This document shows positions 63,014 through 64,000 of a stretch of DNA of 64,000 nucleotides, piece by piece; the first letter of the stretch is position 1; every line of letters starts with the position of its first letter. The notes beneath the pieces are model-generated. The model did not search any database, was not told the origin of the DNA, and saw only the letters and a program-made list of their open reading frames with translations. This stretch comes from Gnetum montanum (taxonomy: Eukaryota > Plantae > Gnetophyta). Position numbers and translations under genes: made by a program. The stretch lies in NCBI GenBank assembly GCA_015680685.1, contig MNCI01002363.1, positions 235,838 through 299,837 of the forward strand. The letters run 5' to 3'.

Positions 63014-64000
63014 AAAATAAAGAAAACCCCCTTTCAACATTAAAAAACAATCATGTATATGGTAACATGAGTAATGTTTTAAAAAGATAAGATTGTGTGG
63101 CCTTTAGCCTTCATGTATTGTTGTGTCATGTTAATGTGTAACCATCCCCATGGCTTTCATGCTAGAAGTTATGCATTCTTGGCTCTGCATTGTAGTGCTA
63201 TTATTGGTCATTGCTTATCTGCCTTGGCCACCTCTTTTGCCACCCCTTTTCCATTCATGCACCTAGATCCTAAGCCCTTGAAGTCTCACAACCCCATCTC
63301 TATATTAGTCATTGCAAAATTTTTGTCTAAATTTGGACTAGTTGTAATGGAGAAAGAGTCACGTTACTATTGCTCTACTTCCCATCGGTGGATGAGCTCT
63401 TCCCATAGCATCATCGGTTTGCTCTTGCTACTTTCATGGTTGCCTCCTCTGCTACATCTTAGTAACAAACCCTACTTCACATCTTCCTATCAAATCTTGG
63501 AGAATTGATGAGAATAATAAAACTCCTCCAAGCTCGTAGAACTACTCTTGCTACTTCCATGAAGCCATAATAAGGGCATTGATGATGTCAGTGCCCTAAT
63601 GTCCTATTATTGGTTATCATTCTAGGAACATGAATAAAGTGCAAGAACATCCATGATGTTTTTGTTTCATTTTCATTTCAAGATTATGAGCTTTCCTTCT
63701 AACCTCGAAGTACAATAAGTCATTTTGTGATTTTGTTTCTGTTGCAAGTTGTTTGCACAATGGAGATTAGAGTTTCAACTCTATACAAGCAAAGGCATTT
63801 TCATATTGTTTACTTATTTGCTATTTGCACACATGGACTCAATTTAGATGGGAATGGCAAGTGTAGAACATGGATGTCTAACAACATCCCAAAAATTCTA
63901 AAATTAATTTTGATAAGTACATTAACAATCTATGTTGTTAATAGATGTGGTGCTCAAGTTTTAAATTCTTGTTTTAGGCATAATGTATGTAATAATACTG

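Noticed and set aside
62472-63050. Long ORFs 62472..63050 and 62534..63040
   Set aside because: Artefacts of translation through the N gap.
63095-63508. 137-aa plus-strand ORF
   Set aside because: No recognisable motif and a non-ATG start. Probably the opposite strand of a purine-rich repeat fragment that I could not classify.

Overview
Repeat-dense, CpG-depleted plant genomic DNA made almost entirely of nested, degenerate retrotransposons. I found no intact host gene, rRNA, tRNA gene or CRISPR array. The main structure is two strongly diverged copies of a Tat-lineage Ty3/gypsy LTR element. Copy 1 is on the minus strand (<1-15270) and copy 2 on the plus strand (47163-~55698, truncated). In copy 1, gag-protease is separated from RT-RNaseH-aRH-integrase by a ~6.1 kb spacer. 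The spacer holds an ANTISENSE, multi-intron gene with its own TATA box and polyA signal, encoding a plant-mobile-domain (PMD)-like region, an acidic linker and a putative coiled-coil region. The gene is bracketed by short repeat arrays, and its upstream region shares a (TAGCG)n-derived motif with the LTR. Copy 2 carries the same gene at the same position with conserved exon sizes and intron phases but a highly diverged protein and a different LTR motif. The window also contains a pol-less SIRE-like Copia element and a complete gag-only Athila-like element with TSD, plus several relatives. Two TSD-flanked ~3 kb solo LTRs with non-alignable U3 regions, an RTE-like LINE fragment, tRNA-derived SINE-like heads and two assembly gaps are also present. 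All coding regions are pseudogenised. All alignments were made by eye, and family names come from motif recognition, not database searches.
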